From an uncultured Gammaproteobacteria bacterium (GTDB taxonomy: Bacteria; Patescibacteriota; Patescibacteriia; Patescibacteriales; UBA12075), in contig CAYWNT010000004.1 in NCBI GenBank assembly GCA_964459725.1, positions 57,045-121,044 on the forward strand: DNA of 64,000 nt, given 5' to 3'. The notes beneath the pieces are model-generated. The model did no database searches. It saw nothing but the letters and a program-made list of their open reading frames with translations, and had not been told where the DNA came from. Shown piece after piece: positions 18,501-26,953 of the stretch (position 1 is its first letter; the number at the start of each line of letters is the position of its first letter). The translations under genes were made by a program, and so were the position numbers.

Positions 18501-21500
18501 CAACTCCCTGATCATCAATGACCTGAACTGTTTTGTTAGTTGTAATGATTTTTTCTTTACTTAATAATTGATCACCTAATTTTATATCAATATTATTATT
18601 TGAAGTCAGTCTAAATGGAATTTCATAGTAATCTTTATTATTTAGATCGCCCAGAGATTCAATAGAGTTGATAGCGACTTCCTTGATCAGTGCTTCGTTG
18701 TTTAGATTGACATTGATATCTATATTTCTGCCCAGGGCATTGGCAAATTTCGCTTGTTTTTCTTTCCATTCGTTTTTGTTCTTTACCTTTTTAGCTGAAA
18801 CTGGTGTTAAAGCGGTGTTTGTCAATGAAAAGTAAACCTCCTGTGAGTCATTGATAAAAGTAATAAAGTTATCATCTGCTCTCTTCTTGATTCGGGCGTT
18901 ATATCCGGCCTTTTTCATTTCCCATTTATCACCCTTGTCAATCAAAGTGGTATCGATATTTTCTAATTGCCTGGTTTGCGAATCAAAATAATGAGCCTTG
19001 CCATTATAAAGTCTGGTTTTATATTTCTTTTTATTATCCTTATCCCATCCGATCAGATATGTTTTGCTTTCTTCTGTTCTCTTATGCGCTTCCTCTTCTG
19101 GAGTGAAAAGTTCGACTGAACCATCTGCCTTCTCTAGGGCGAGTTTTTTGGACAGATACATTCTTTTTGCACCAATATTCTTTGTGTTTTTCTTTACATC
19201 GTCCTTAACAGGGTCAATGGTGTATTTATTCTTCAGTCTGTATAGTTCTTGCGAGTCATAGGTGTAGTCAGTATCAACATTGTTATTTAGTCTCTCGGAC
19301 TTTAATTGTCCTAATGGATTGTAGTCATAGTTATTCACAAGGTAAGAATACTCCTGTTCTCCTGATTCTTTTTTGGACACTTTTTCAAGTTGACCAGCTG
19401 CATTATATTCATACTTAACTTCTGATGCGTCAGGGTAGGTGATAAGAGAAGTATTGCCTGCTCGGTTATAATCATATCCGGTTGTATAGTCTGTGGAGTT
19501 GATAGTTCTAGTCTCAGCATCAATTAAACCTAGAACGTTGTAGGTGTAATTGGTAATAGCATCTTGAGAAGTGGCTGTGCATAGTCTGCCAACACCCTCA
19601 GTACATGAGTCATAGTTATAGTTTACCTCAACTCCGGCATCTCCGGTGTGGTCTTCGGTTAATACTCTGTTTAAGTCGTCATAAGTATAAACTATAACCT
19701 GAGATTTTGGGTCTACTTTTAATGTCAGGTTTCCAGAGTTGTCATAGGTGTAGTAGGTGGTGCCAAAGGTCGCGTCAGCCGGGGCGTGTAAATCCTCACT
19801 CGATTTTAGTCTGCCCAGAGCGTCATAGGTGAATCCTCTTTCATTATCGAGCGCATCTTCTATCCTTGTTAGATTTCCAAGTAAGTCATAAGAGTATAGA
19901 GTGGAATATGTCTCGCTATCATTGTGTTCATCAACCTGAATTAGATTACCATAAGCGTCATTGTATAGATTCTTTGTGTTGCCCTTGGCGTCAGTAACGG
20001 TCAACACCCAATTATCATAAGAATTAGTGGTTGTGCCAACTGCATTGACAGTATTGATAACTCTTTGGAGAGCGTCGTATGTATAGTTAATGTATAGAGC
20101 ATCAGTTGTGGTCGCGGCAGTTCTTACCGGTCCGGATGAGAAATATGGGAGCGACTCTTTCTCAGCTAGTCCTTGGTTATTGTAGAAAAAGTCCTTGGTG
20201 ATATAACTATCCTCTCCTTCTTGTCTTGTTTGAACAGGTCTATCCAGTCCGTCCAAGTAAGTATAGCTGTCAACCTGTGTTTCATTATCAAGATAGCTGC
20301 TCTTTTTAATGCTTCTTGGGAAGCTGGTGTCATCATAGGTGTAGGTAGTCTTTGTAACCAAGTTAGTTGGATTGTCTAAGTCAGGCTGCTTCTCCTCTAT
20401 GGGTCGGTCCAGTCCGTCATAGATCACCTCGAAAATATTTCCGTTCGGGTCTTCTGTTTTTTTTATCTTTCCTGATGAGTAGTCGTAGTAAGCATGAGTA
20501 GAGTGGTTCAAATGGTTGGTGGAGGTTGCCACGTATAGGTTAAATGAATCGTAAGTGTAGTCATTTGTCTTGTCTCTCGGGTCTTTCTCCTCTGTGATTA
20601 AACCGTAGGCATTATACGTTCTCTCAATATCAATGTAGTTACTATTCTCGATCCATTTTTCCTCCTTGGTTAGATTTCCCTTGTCTATATCGCCTGAAGA
20701 TAAATTGTCATAATAGTATTTTGTCTCAGCAATTTTATCTCCATTTTGATCTGTGGTTATTTTTCTCGAAGGAAATCCGATGACACCAAAAGAAGAGTCA
20801 GTTGCATACTCTATAGTTGTTGAGGCCATGTCTGTGCCAATGTCCGTAAATGTGCCATCATCGTTTCCTGTTACTTCTCCGTAGTTTATCTCTCGAACTA
20901 CATTGCCAAAGCCGTTGTAGGCATAGGCTGCAGCTTTGTCTCTGTGGTCAGCGTCTCCGTCATAGCTAGATTCGATACTCTCTGTTTTATATACAAAGTC
21001 TCTGTCATCTCCCAGGTTTAGATTTTCCCATTTGCTGATTGATTTTGTGTATAGGTTATCACTATCATTATAGGTTTCCACTCTATATACTTTTCCTATC
21101 TTTGACTGATCATCTAAGTATTCTCCCTTAGCAGAATTTGAATCATTTCCTTGGTGATAGTAAGTCTTGGTTTTGTTGCCAGCTCCGTCTGTTGTTGTGA
21201 TAATACCGAATCCTGCATATCTCTTATCATATTCATGGTTGTAGTAGTAGTCACCGTCCTGATATTCATAAGTTGTGGTTGAGATATTTCCAAGCCCATC
21301 ATCAACCGCAATATTCTCAACAGTCTGCAAAACCATCGGCAGATCAGGGTTTAGAAGATTATCAGATGAGTCTAGATATTCTGAGGAGGCTTTGTAGTTT
21401 ATTTTTGTTATCGAACCTTTGTTGTGATTAATCTGAAACAATAGGTCAGCTTTTGATTTGTCAGCAATGTAAACTTTCTTTATGTTATCTTCTTGTCCTG

Positions 21501-23439
21501 TCATGTACCTTATAGACAAAAGTATATCAGGCAGGTTATCCCCGTTGATGTCTGATAGGCGCACTCCTTCGTGGTTTGCTCTTTCTGATATTTCTAATGG
21601 CAAGGACCAATTATCATTCGATGACCAGCCATTGCCATTATTAATCCAAATAGGTGACATTTCAGATTTTAGATAAACAAAATCCATAAGACCATCAGCG
21701 TTAACATCGGCAAATCGGATGTTATTTTTATAGCTATCTTTTTGAACGGGAAATTCAAAACCATACATCCATGTACCCTTTCCTTTATTTATAAAAACCT
21801 TACTTGGTTCATAATCGCTGGGGTCAATGTAAACAATATCAACTAATCCATCTCCATTTACATCAATTAGAAATTCTGTTGATGCTCTAACTCCTTGGCC
21901 ACCGGCTGGATAGGAGAAATATACAGGAATAGCATAAAAATCTGTATTTTCTTCCCACCCGGTTCCATCTCCATTATTAATAAAAACTTTTTTTACATTA
22001 TCTTCACTGTTATCGTATTTTATAGATAAAAGTATGTCAGATAAGCCGTCACCGTTGATATCTGATAGGCGTACACCATCGTGGTTTGTTCTTTCTAGTA
22101 ATTCCGGGGGTATGGTAATGTTATCATTAGATTCCCAGCCATTGCCATTATTAATCCAGACAGGCGATATTTCAGGTCCTAAATAAATAAAGTCTATGAG
22201 GCCATCAGCGTTGATGTCGGTAAATCTAATATATTTTCTATAGCTGTCTTTTTTGACAGGAAAATCAAATCCGTATGACCATGTTCCTTGTCCTGTATTT
22301 AAATAAACAATGCCTGGTTCAGAGTCATTGGTGTTGGTATAAATAATATCAGTAAGTCCATCTCCGTTCGCGTCAACTAGAAACTCTGTTGATTTCATGC
22401 TGCTGGTATCAATTGGTTGAGTAAAATACACCGGGAGACCATAATAATCATCATTTTCTGTCCAGCTTTTTGTTTTGATCTGATATTCAAAATTATCTTC
22501 TGGCAAGGTAGTTGTGTTGCTGTTTTCATCTCGACCTGATTCAGTAATTGAGTTTAATGCCGATCTAACATAATTATCTCCAGTTGAATAGTTCAGTTCG
22601 TATTTCTTTGCCCATTGTCCGTTTATTTTAGTTTGAATTTCACTTATTCTATAATTATTTATTATTTCAAACCCAGTATTCCATGAAGCTGCTTTATCAC
22701 TTCTTGATTCACGTAAAAATTCAACTTCAAAAACACCATCAGTATTATTATGTCCGGTATACTTGATTTTACTAGGATAGATTTGTCCTGCATCTTTGTG
22801 GTATTCGTATTTAATATAGTTTCCATTCGTATCTCGAATTTCTTCCAGCATCCATTTGTAAATCACTGTTTCGTCACCAGGATTGTCTTGTCTGGAGTTT
22901 GTGGAGCTACCGAATTTATATATTGTTCCGCTTTTATCTGCAACTTCCCAATGTTCATTATTTATAAAAGAGTATTTCAAGTATTCTCCATTTTCTATTT
23001 TGGATTTATATAATCCCTCACTAGAACTTGCTGAAGTATCCACCTTGATCTCTCCAGTGAGCGTGGAATAAAAATCATTTTCAGTATATAGCTTATCAAC
23101 TCCTTTCTTATTCATTCTTTCAATATAAGGAATATTATCAGACCATCCGTAGCCGTAGATGTTCTGATTATCACTTGAATGACTGTTGTAAGTTAGCTTT
23201 AGGTTTGGTTCGAGGCCTTTTCTTCCTGGGGGAGAGGAAATAGGGTATTCATGGATAAATGCTCTTGACTTTAAGTCAGTATTTAGCCTTAAAGAGCTAT
23301 TTACCGGTAGAAGCTCTTCTCTATAATATGGATCATCTTCATCAACGGCCAATAACGCCTCTGTTGAAAAATTTAAGAAAAATAAAAAAACCAACATTAG
23401 AAAAGTTAGTTTTTTGAGGTAATTAAATGATTGTTTCAT
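15514..23439 (-). CDS. RHS/YD-repeat polymorphic toxin with SpvB/TcB-like N-terminus and FG-GAP/VCBS propeller
   Basis: 2641 aa with a signal peptide. GYGWSDNIPYIE SpvB-like region. Repeated D.NGDGL.D(I/F)(I/L)(Y/L) blades. Dozens of YD repeats (Y.YD..G(N/R)(L/V)). Core end LNYMKARYQNPKTGLFISKDPWG..NNPIYYYDPTG, then a 200-aa C-terminal domain. Confidence 0.9.
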   Translation of the reverse strand: MKQSFNYLKKLTFLMLVFLFFLNFSTEALLAVDEDDPYYREELLPVNSSLRLNTDLKSRAFIHEYPISSPPGRKGLEPNLKLTYNSHSSDNQNIYGYGWSDNIPYIERMNKKGVDKLYTENDFYSTLTGEIKVDTSASSSEGLYKSKIENGEYLKYSFINNEHWEVADKSGTIYKFGSSTNSRQDNPGDETVIYKWMLEEIRDTNGNYIKYEYHKDAGQIYPSKIKYTGHNNTDGVFEVEFLRESRSDKAASWNTGFEIINNYRISEIQTKINGQWAKKYELNYSTGDNYVRSALNSITESGRDENSNTTTLPEDNFEYQIKTKSWTENDDYYGLPVYFTQPIDTSSMKSTEFLVDANGDGLTDIIYTNTNDSEPGIVYLNTGQGTWSYGFDFPVKKDSYRKYIRFTDINADGLIDFIYLGPEISPVWINNGNGWESNDNITIPPELLERTNHDGVRLSDINGDGLSDILLSIKYDNSEDNVKKVFINNGDGTGWEENTDFYAIPVYFSYPAGGQGVRASTEFLIDVNGDGLVDIVYIDPSDYEPSKVFINKGKGTWMYGFEFPVQKDSYKNNIRFADVNADGLMDFVYLKSEMSPIWINNGNGWSSNDNWSLPLEISERANHEGVRLSDINGDNLPDILLSIRYMTGQEDNIKKVYIADKSKADLLFQINHNKGSITKINYKASSEYLDSSDNLLNPDLPMVLQTVENIAVDDGLGNISTTTYEYQDGDYYYNHEYDKRYAGFGIITTTDGAGNKTKTYYHQGNDSNSAKGEYLDDQSKIGKVYRVETYNDSDNLYTKSISKWENLNLGDDRDFVYKTESIESSYDGDADHRDKAAAYAYNGFGNVVREINYGEVTGNDDGTFTDIGTDMASTTIEYATDSSFGVIGFPSRKITTDQNGDKIAETKYYYDNLSSGDIDKGNLTKEEKWIENSNYIDIERTYNAYGLITEEKDPRDKTNDYTYDSFNLYVATSTNHLNHSTHAYYDYSSGKIKKTEDPNGNIFEVIYDGLDRPIEEKQPDLDNPTNLVTKTTYTYDDTSFPRSIKKSSYLDNETQVDSYTYLDGLDRPVQTRQEGEDSYITKDFFYNNQGLAEKESLPYFSSGPVRTAATTTDALYINYTYDALQRVINTVNAVGTTTNSYDNWVLTVTDAKGNTKNLYNDAYGNLIQVDEHNDSETYSTLYSYDLLGNLTRIEDALDNERGFTYDALGRLKSSEDLHAPADATFGTTYYTYDNSGNLTLKVDPKSQVIVYTYDDLNRVLTEDHTGDAGVEVNYNYDSCTEGVGRLCTATSQDAITNYTYNVLGLIDAETRTINSTDYTTGYDYNRAGNTSLITYPDASEVKYEYNAAGQLEKVSKKESGEQEYSYLVNNYDYNPLGQLKSERLNNNVDTDYTYDSQELYRLKNKYTIDPVKDDVKKNTKNIGAKRMYLSKKLALEKADGSVELFTPEEEAHKRTEESKTYLIGWDKDNKKKYKTRLYNGKAHYFDSQTRQLENIDTTLIDKGDKWEMKKAGYNARIKKRADDNFITFINDSQEVYFSLTNTALTPVSAKKVKNKNEWKEKQAKFANALGRNIDINVNLNNEALIKEVAINSIESLGDLNNKDYYEIPFRLTSNNNIDIKLGDQLLSKEKIITTNKTVQVIDDQGVVSYIWAPIAIDDTDDVTSIEIEYRKENDGIYLTKKLPVEWLRTATYPVRTDAIISPYSDEGGDGTILHQNTNWNTAHHYNTGYMLYKNRIGIYKGRTGKIQINRGYFTFDTSFLTEQATIDSATMNIYVYNRTIHDNDGKDYATVVQSFQASSTSLSVDDYDQCGSVHNPVEGINPGERKDISSMDINQYVPFNLNSTGLNWISKTGWTNLGLREGHDAEDDTPNLSNTQRNFMYFYHSEQVGTDKDPYLEINYTLTAEPTPPTELQTESQENPGSVRNITPEFSAIYNDPNSEDQALHYQIQVSQTNPTWDTLIWDSGKTSISAINEGERSSNILYGSSTPLELDGSTYYWRVKFWDDKDAEGDWSTSTAFFTMSSDAGAAPEGPTDLLVEGETNPGNVKDFTPELSAVYNDQDGGDLAMHYQIQVSTSSDVWESLIWDSGQTALASTTMSGERIGDITYAGNELDTNTTYYWRIKFWDDKMEEGIWSASTSSFTMTPILQNFSYFYDEVGNIIRIEDTSEMNSAKTVLFDYDDLYRLTRASSSNAINNQDYLRTYAYNAIGNILNKSDQGNYVYTDNGYNNPHAVTSVNGVGYGYDNNGNMVSDSVWTHDWDYRNRLVSSNNGGLTVDYGYDHDVNRVSYSDGGITTYYPNKLYNISSTGTSTKHVYAGSNLIATIEISDNGTSTYYTHTDHLGGSSVITDENGSLVQLLDYYPFGDVRLDEKQGNFDEKHKYTGHEHDDDTSLNYMKARYQNPKTGLFISKDPWGGNRFDPQTLNKYNYSRNNPIYYYDPTGTKVEVAAKDLEVTDKVGSHSYLLITPLEPGKFQDYLEKGETSFTISGQDINDMLQGKVNYGTDIKDLNSARVQDHDIVDNPYGDNNDPKADTKFINKILEVHKNAPEQDYNTVSFNANGRNCHNYTTSLVEGAGGKIPGDFKPTGASPGLGESIPGMVNNNSNQSSKSTSKSNNPIDTNKEKAQGLWNKIINFFKSKKHD
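17011..17715 (-). repeat. tandem 123-aa FN3-like repeat inside the RHS gene
   Basis: Unit 1 at 17715-17377 and unit 2 at 17346-17011. PT(E/D)L..E...NPG.V...TPE(F/L)SA(I/V)YND....LHYQIQVS....W..LIWDSG.T......GER...I.Y......L....TYYWR(V/I)KFWDD...EG.WS.ST..FTM. Confidence 0.85.
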
Positions 23440-23595
23440 ATATTTTTTATAATTATTTTATTATTTTAAAAGATTGTCATAGTTTTTTATCTAAAAATAG
23501 CCATTTTTTCTCATATTTATAAGTTGTTTAACATCTTAGCACTATATACATGAAATTATTTTAAAGAAAAAATGAAGAAAATATGAATTTAAGTG

Positions 23596-23623
23596 TTGAC
23601 ACCTCTTGGGGGTGTGTTATAAT
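23596..23623 (+). promoter_or_regulatory. promoter with embedded CsoR-type operator
   Basis: TTGACA (23596-23601), 16-nt spacer, TATAAT (23618-23623). The spacer carries the GC-rich inverted repeat ACACCTCTTGGGGGTGT (23599-23615). Confidence 0.6.
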
Positions 23624-23645
23624 ATCAGGACATAGATTAAAACAT

Positions 23646-23891
23646 ATGAAAACTCAACAACAATTAATAAACAACATTCAAGGACAATTGAACGGAATCA
23701 GTAAGATGATTGAAGATGAAAAGGATTGTTTGGAGGTTATTGTGCAGATGAAGGCTGTGCGATCTGCAATGGGAAGCCTCATGAATAGGTTTATGGAGGA
23801 GAATTTTATGAAATGCGTTGATAGTTGCGGCGAAAAGAAGGGTGATGATATGATGAGAAAGCTATTGCTAGAGCTTACCAAAAATAATTAA
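23646..23891 (+). CDS. CsoR/RcnR-family metal-sensing transcriptional repressor
   Basis: Track ORF 23583..23891 trimmed, because the promoter lies inside the extension. The 81-aa product has the L..I.GQL.GI..MIE....C..V..Q..AV..A pattern of the DUF156/CsoR family. Confidence 0.75.
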   Translation: MKTQQQLINNIQGQLNGISKMIEDEKDCLEVIVQMKAVRSAMGSLMNRFMEENFMKCVDSCGEKKGDDMMRKLLLELTKNN

Positions 23892-23978
23892 TAATAAATT
23901 TTAAAATAAATTAATGAAGTTAATATATTGATTTTTTGCTTTTTTAAGCCAAAAATTATGTATTAATAGATAAATAAA

Positions 23979-24302
23979 ATGGCTAAACAATTTGATGATG
24001 GAAATTTTGAATCTGATGTTATCGAAGTTTCAAAAACTAAACCTGTTTTAGTTGATTTTTTCGCTAGTTGGTGCGGACCGTGCAAGATGCAAGCTCCGAT
24101 TATTGACGAAGTTGCAGAAGAAATGGGAGATAAAGCTTCAGTTGGAAAACTAGACACAGAACAGGCTCAAGCAACTGCTGTGAAATATGGCGTTATGAGC
24201 ATTCCTACTTTGATTTTATTTAAGGATGGAGAAGTAAAAGAAACTATGGTTGGTATGCAATCAAAAGAAGGGCTTGTTGAAGTAATTAATAAGCATATTT
24301 AA
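23979..24302 (+). CDS. trxA: thioredoxin
   Basis: 107 aa; FFASWCGPCKM active site. Confidence 0.9.
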   Translation: MAKQFDDGNFESDVIEVSKTKPVLVDFFASWCGPCKMQAPIIDEVAEEMGDKASVGKLDTEQAQATAVKYGVMSIPTLILFKDGEVKETMVGMQSKEGLVEVINKHI

Positions 24303-24451
24303 TTGCTAATATTGGTTTTTTATTTCAGTATTGACTAAATTCCGTTTTTCTGATATTATAATTACAAGCTAGTTAATCTATTATTAACTAGCTGTTTTTA
24401 TTAAAAAATTTTAACATATATATTGCGCAAAAAAATTTAATGCGTAAATAA

Positions 24452-25984
24452 ATGTTTTTCAAAAATATGAGTGAAATAGCAAAGGCAATAAAACAAATTT
24501 GCGAAGAAAAAAAATTAAGCTACGATGCTGTTATTGAAACAATTGAATCTGCTATGTCAGCAGCTTATAGAAAGGATTTTGGACAAAAAAACCAGAATAT
24601 CCATGTTGTTTTTAATGAAGAGGATATTACAAAATCAAAAGTTTATGACATAAAAACAGTGGTTGAGGATTTGCCAGAAGAAGAAATGGAAGAAGAGGAA
24701 GAGGATGGTTCAGAAGCTAATGAAGAAGAAGTAAAAAAAGAAGAAAAGAAAGACAAGAAAGGAAAAGAAGAACCAAAAAAAGAGGATCCTTCGGCAGGCT
24801 CAGGACAAGAGAAAAAAGATAAGTCCGAAAAAGAAAAAGATGAGGAAGATTCTTCAGACGGCGAAGAGGAAGAAGAAGCAAAGAGGTTTAATCCAAAAAC
24901 TGAAATTCAACTTTCTGATGCAAAAGAGCTTAAAAAAACTGCAAAAGTAGGAGATGAAATCAAGACTAAGTTAGACGTACCGGAAGCTTATGGACGTATG
25001 GCTGCTCAAACTGCTAAGCAAGTTATTATTCAGCGTTTGCGAGAAGCTGAGAGAGAAATGGTATTTAATGATTTCAAGGACAAGGAAGGAGAAGTTGTTA
25101 GCGGAGTGGTACAGAGAAGAGAAAATAAATTTGTTTTAGTGGATCTTGGAAAATCTGTTGGAATTCTCGCTAATGATGAACAAATTCCAGGAGAGAAATA
25201 TGCTCCAGGTGACAGGGTGAAGGTTTACGTAAAAGAAGTAAATCTAAAAACCAAAGGACCTGAGATCGTTCTCTCCAGAACCTCAGAAGAGATTCTTAAA
25301 AAAGTTTTTCTAGTTGAAATTCCAGAAATTGCCAATGGAATTATTGAACTAAAAAATGTTTCGCGTGAAGCAGGTTCGAGATCAAAGGTAGCAGTCTGGA
25401 CTGATTCTGATAGCGTGGATCCTATTGGTTCATGTGTGGGACAGAAAGGAGCTAGAATCCAAACAATAATAAACGAACTAGGCGGTGAAAAAGTTGATAT
25501 AGTAGAATATGATGATGCACCTGAAAAATATATCACTAACGCCTTGTCTCCTGCCAAGATTATAGATATTGAAATTAACGAGGAAGAAAAAAAGGTTTTG
25601 GTAAAAGTAGCTACAGATCAGCTATCTTTAGCCATAGGAAAAGGTGGCCAGAATGTTCGTCTGGCAGCCAGACTTACAGGTTGGAAGATTGATATTGCAG
25701 AAATTGATGGAGAAGTAGCTCAAGAAAAAAAAGAAGAAGAAAAGGATGAGGATAATTCATCAGCTGATGAAGACACTTCGACAAGCTCAGTAGAAGCAAA
25801 AGAAGATGAAAAAGATGAGTCTGATAACAAAGAAGACCTTTCGGCCACTTCGACTGGCTCAGGACAGGCAAGCTCCCTCCAGGACGGCGGGCAGGCAGGA
25901 CAAGGGGATGAAGGGGTTGAAGAGTCAGAAGAAGAAGCTCCGACTGACAAAGAAGAAGCAAAAAAGAAAGAAGAGAAAAAATAA
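24452..25984 (+). CDS. nusA: transcription termination/antitermination factor NusA with E/K-rich insertions
   Basis: NTD, S1 (GEVVSGVVQR..) and KH1/KH2 (GSCVGQKGARIQ; AIGKGGQNVRLAARLTGWKIDI). A roughly 100-aa acidic/lysine-rich insert in the NTD and an acidic C-terminal tail. Confidence 0.9.
   Translation: MFFKNMSEIAKAIKQICEEKKLSYDAVIETIESAMSAAYRKDFGQKNQNIHVVFNEEDITKSKVYDIKTVVEDLPEEEMEEEEEDGSEANEEEVKKEEKKDKKGKEEPKKEDPSAGSGQEKKDKSEKEKDEEDSSDGEEEEEAKRFNPKTEIQLSDAKELKKTAKVGDEIKTKLDVPEAYGRMAAQTAKQVIIQRLREAEREMVFNDFKDKEGEVVSGVVQRRENKFVLVDLGKSVGILANDEQIPGEKYAPGDRVKVYVKEVNLKTKGPEIVLSRTSEEILKKVFLVEIPEIANGIIELKNVSREAGSRSKVAVWTDSDSVDPIGSCVGQKGARIQTIINELGGEKVDIVEYDDAPEKYITNALSPAKIIDIEINEEEKKVLVKVATDQLSLAIGKGGQNVRLAARLTGWKIDIAEIDGEVAQEKKEEEKDEDNSSADEDTSTSSVEAKEDEKDESDNKEDLSATSTGSGQASSLQDGGQAGQGDEGVEESEEEAPTDKEEAKKKEEKK
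24788..24809 (+). repeat. in-frame GC-rich element copy (NusA insert), CCTTCGGCAGGCTCAGGACAAG
   Basis: Translated PSAGSGQ; matches the copies at 25837, 35546(-), 42986 and 48482. Confidence 0.7.
25837..25905 (+). repeat. in-frame GC-rich element, long form (NusA C-terminal tail)
   Basis: CCTTTCGGCCACTTCGACTGGCTCAGGACAGGCAAGCTCCCTCCAGGACGGCGGGCAGGCAGGACAAGG, translated LSATSTGSGQASSLQDGGQAGQG. About 90 percent identical over 36 nt to the SMC copy. Confidence 0.75.
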
Positions 25985-25998
25985 TATTAGTTAAAAAT

Positions 25999-26928
25999 AT
26001 GGATAAAATATATATCATCGGACATAAATCACCAGATTTAGATTCAGTTGCAGCTGCAATCAGCTATGCAGATTTAAAAAATAAGTCTGAAGATACAAGT
26101 AGATATACCCCTGCCGTGTTAGGCGAAATTAATAAAGAAACTAAATATGTTTTGGAGAAATTTGGCTTTGAAGTACCGGAAATTTTGGAAAATGCTACTG
26201 GAAAAAATGTGGTTTTAGTAGATCATAATGAATTTTCTCAATCAGCGGATGGTATAGAAGAGGCAAAAATAGAAGAAGTATTGGATCATCATAAGGTTAA
26301 CTTTACTTTTTCTGACCCAATTGTTTTCAGAGCGTTTCCTGTAGGAGCAAGCTGCTCTATTGTTGCTGAAGAGTTTTCCAGGTTGTCTGTTCTATTAGAG
26401 GCTAATATGGCCGGACTAATGCTCTCTGCTATTTTGGTAGACACAGTTATTACCAAGTCTCCAACATGTACTGAAAGAGATATAAAAATAATTGAGGAAC
26501 TTTCTGAGAAGGCCGGTGTTTCAGACTGGAAAGAGTTCGGCATGGAGGTTTTTAAGATTAGAGCAAGTGTGAGCGAGCTAAGCGCAGAGGAAATACTAAT
26601 GAGCGATTTCAAAGATTTTGAATTTAGCCAAGGAAAGTTTGGCATAGGCCAGGTAGAAACTGTTGATTTGTCTGATTTTGATTCTGGAAAAGAAGAAATA
26701 CTTAAAATCATGGACCAGAAAAGACAAGATGAAGACTACCACAGTATACTTCTTTATCTTACTGATATTATAAACGTTGGTTCAGAAGTTTTGGTGGTAA
26801 CCAGTGATCAGGGGAAAATGGAGGAGGCCTTGGGGGTAAAACTAGATGGATCAAGGATATACCAGGATGGAATAATTTCTAGAAAAAAACAAGTAACTCC
26901 AACTATTGATAAATATTTTAATAAATAA
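25999..26928 (+). CDS. ppaC: family II (Mn-dependent) inorganic pyrophosphatase, DHH/DHHA2
   Basis: 309 aa; HKSPDLDS, VLVDHNE, LDHHK and C-terminal SRKKQVTP motifs. Confidence 0.8.
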   Translation: MDKIYIIGHKSPDLDSVAAAISYADLKNKSEDTSRYTPAVLGEINKETKYVLEKFGFEVPEILENATGKNVVLVDHNEFSQSADGIEEAKIEEVLDHHKVNFTFSDPIVFRAFPVGASCSIVAEEFSRLSVLLEANMAGLMLSAILVDTVITKSPTCTERDIKIIEELSEKAGVSDWKEFGMEVFKIRASVSELSAEEILMSDFKDFEFSQGKFGIGQVETVDLSDFDSGKEEILKIMDQKRQDEDYHSILLYLTDIINVGSEVLVVTSDQGKMEEALGVKLDGSRIYQDGIISRKKQVTPTIDKYFNK

Positions 26929-26953
26929 TTAATAAATAAATTTTAGAATAAAT

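Noticed and set aside
23583-23645. 21-codon N-terminal extension of the CsoR-like ORF given in the track
   Set aside because: A near-consensus TTGACA-16-TATAAT promoter and the operator lie inside the extension. The family-typical sequence starts at the ATG at 23646.
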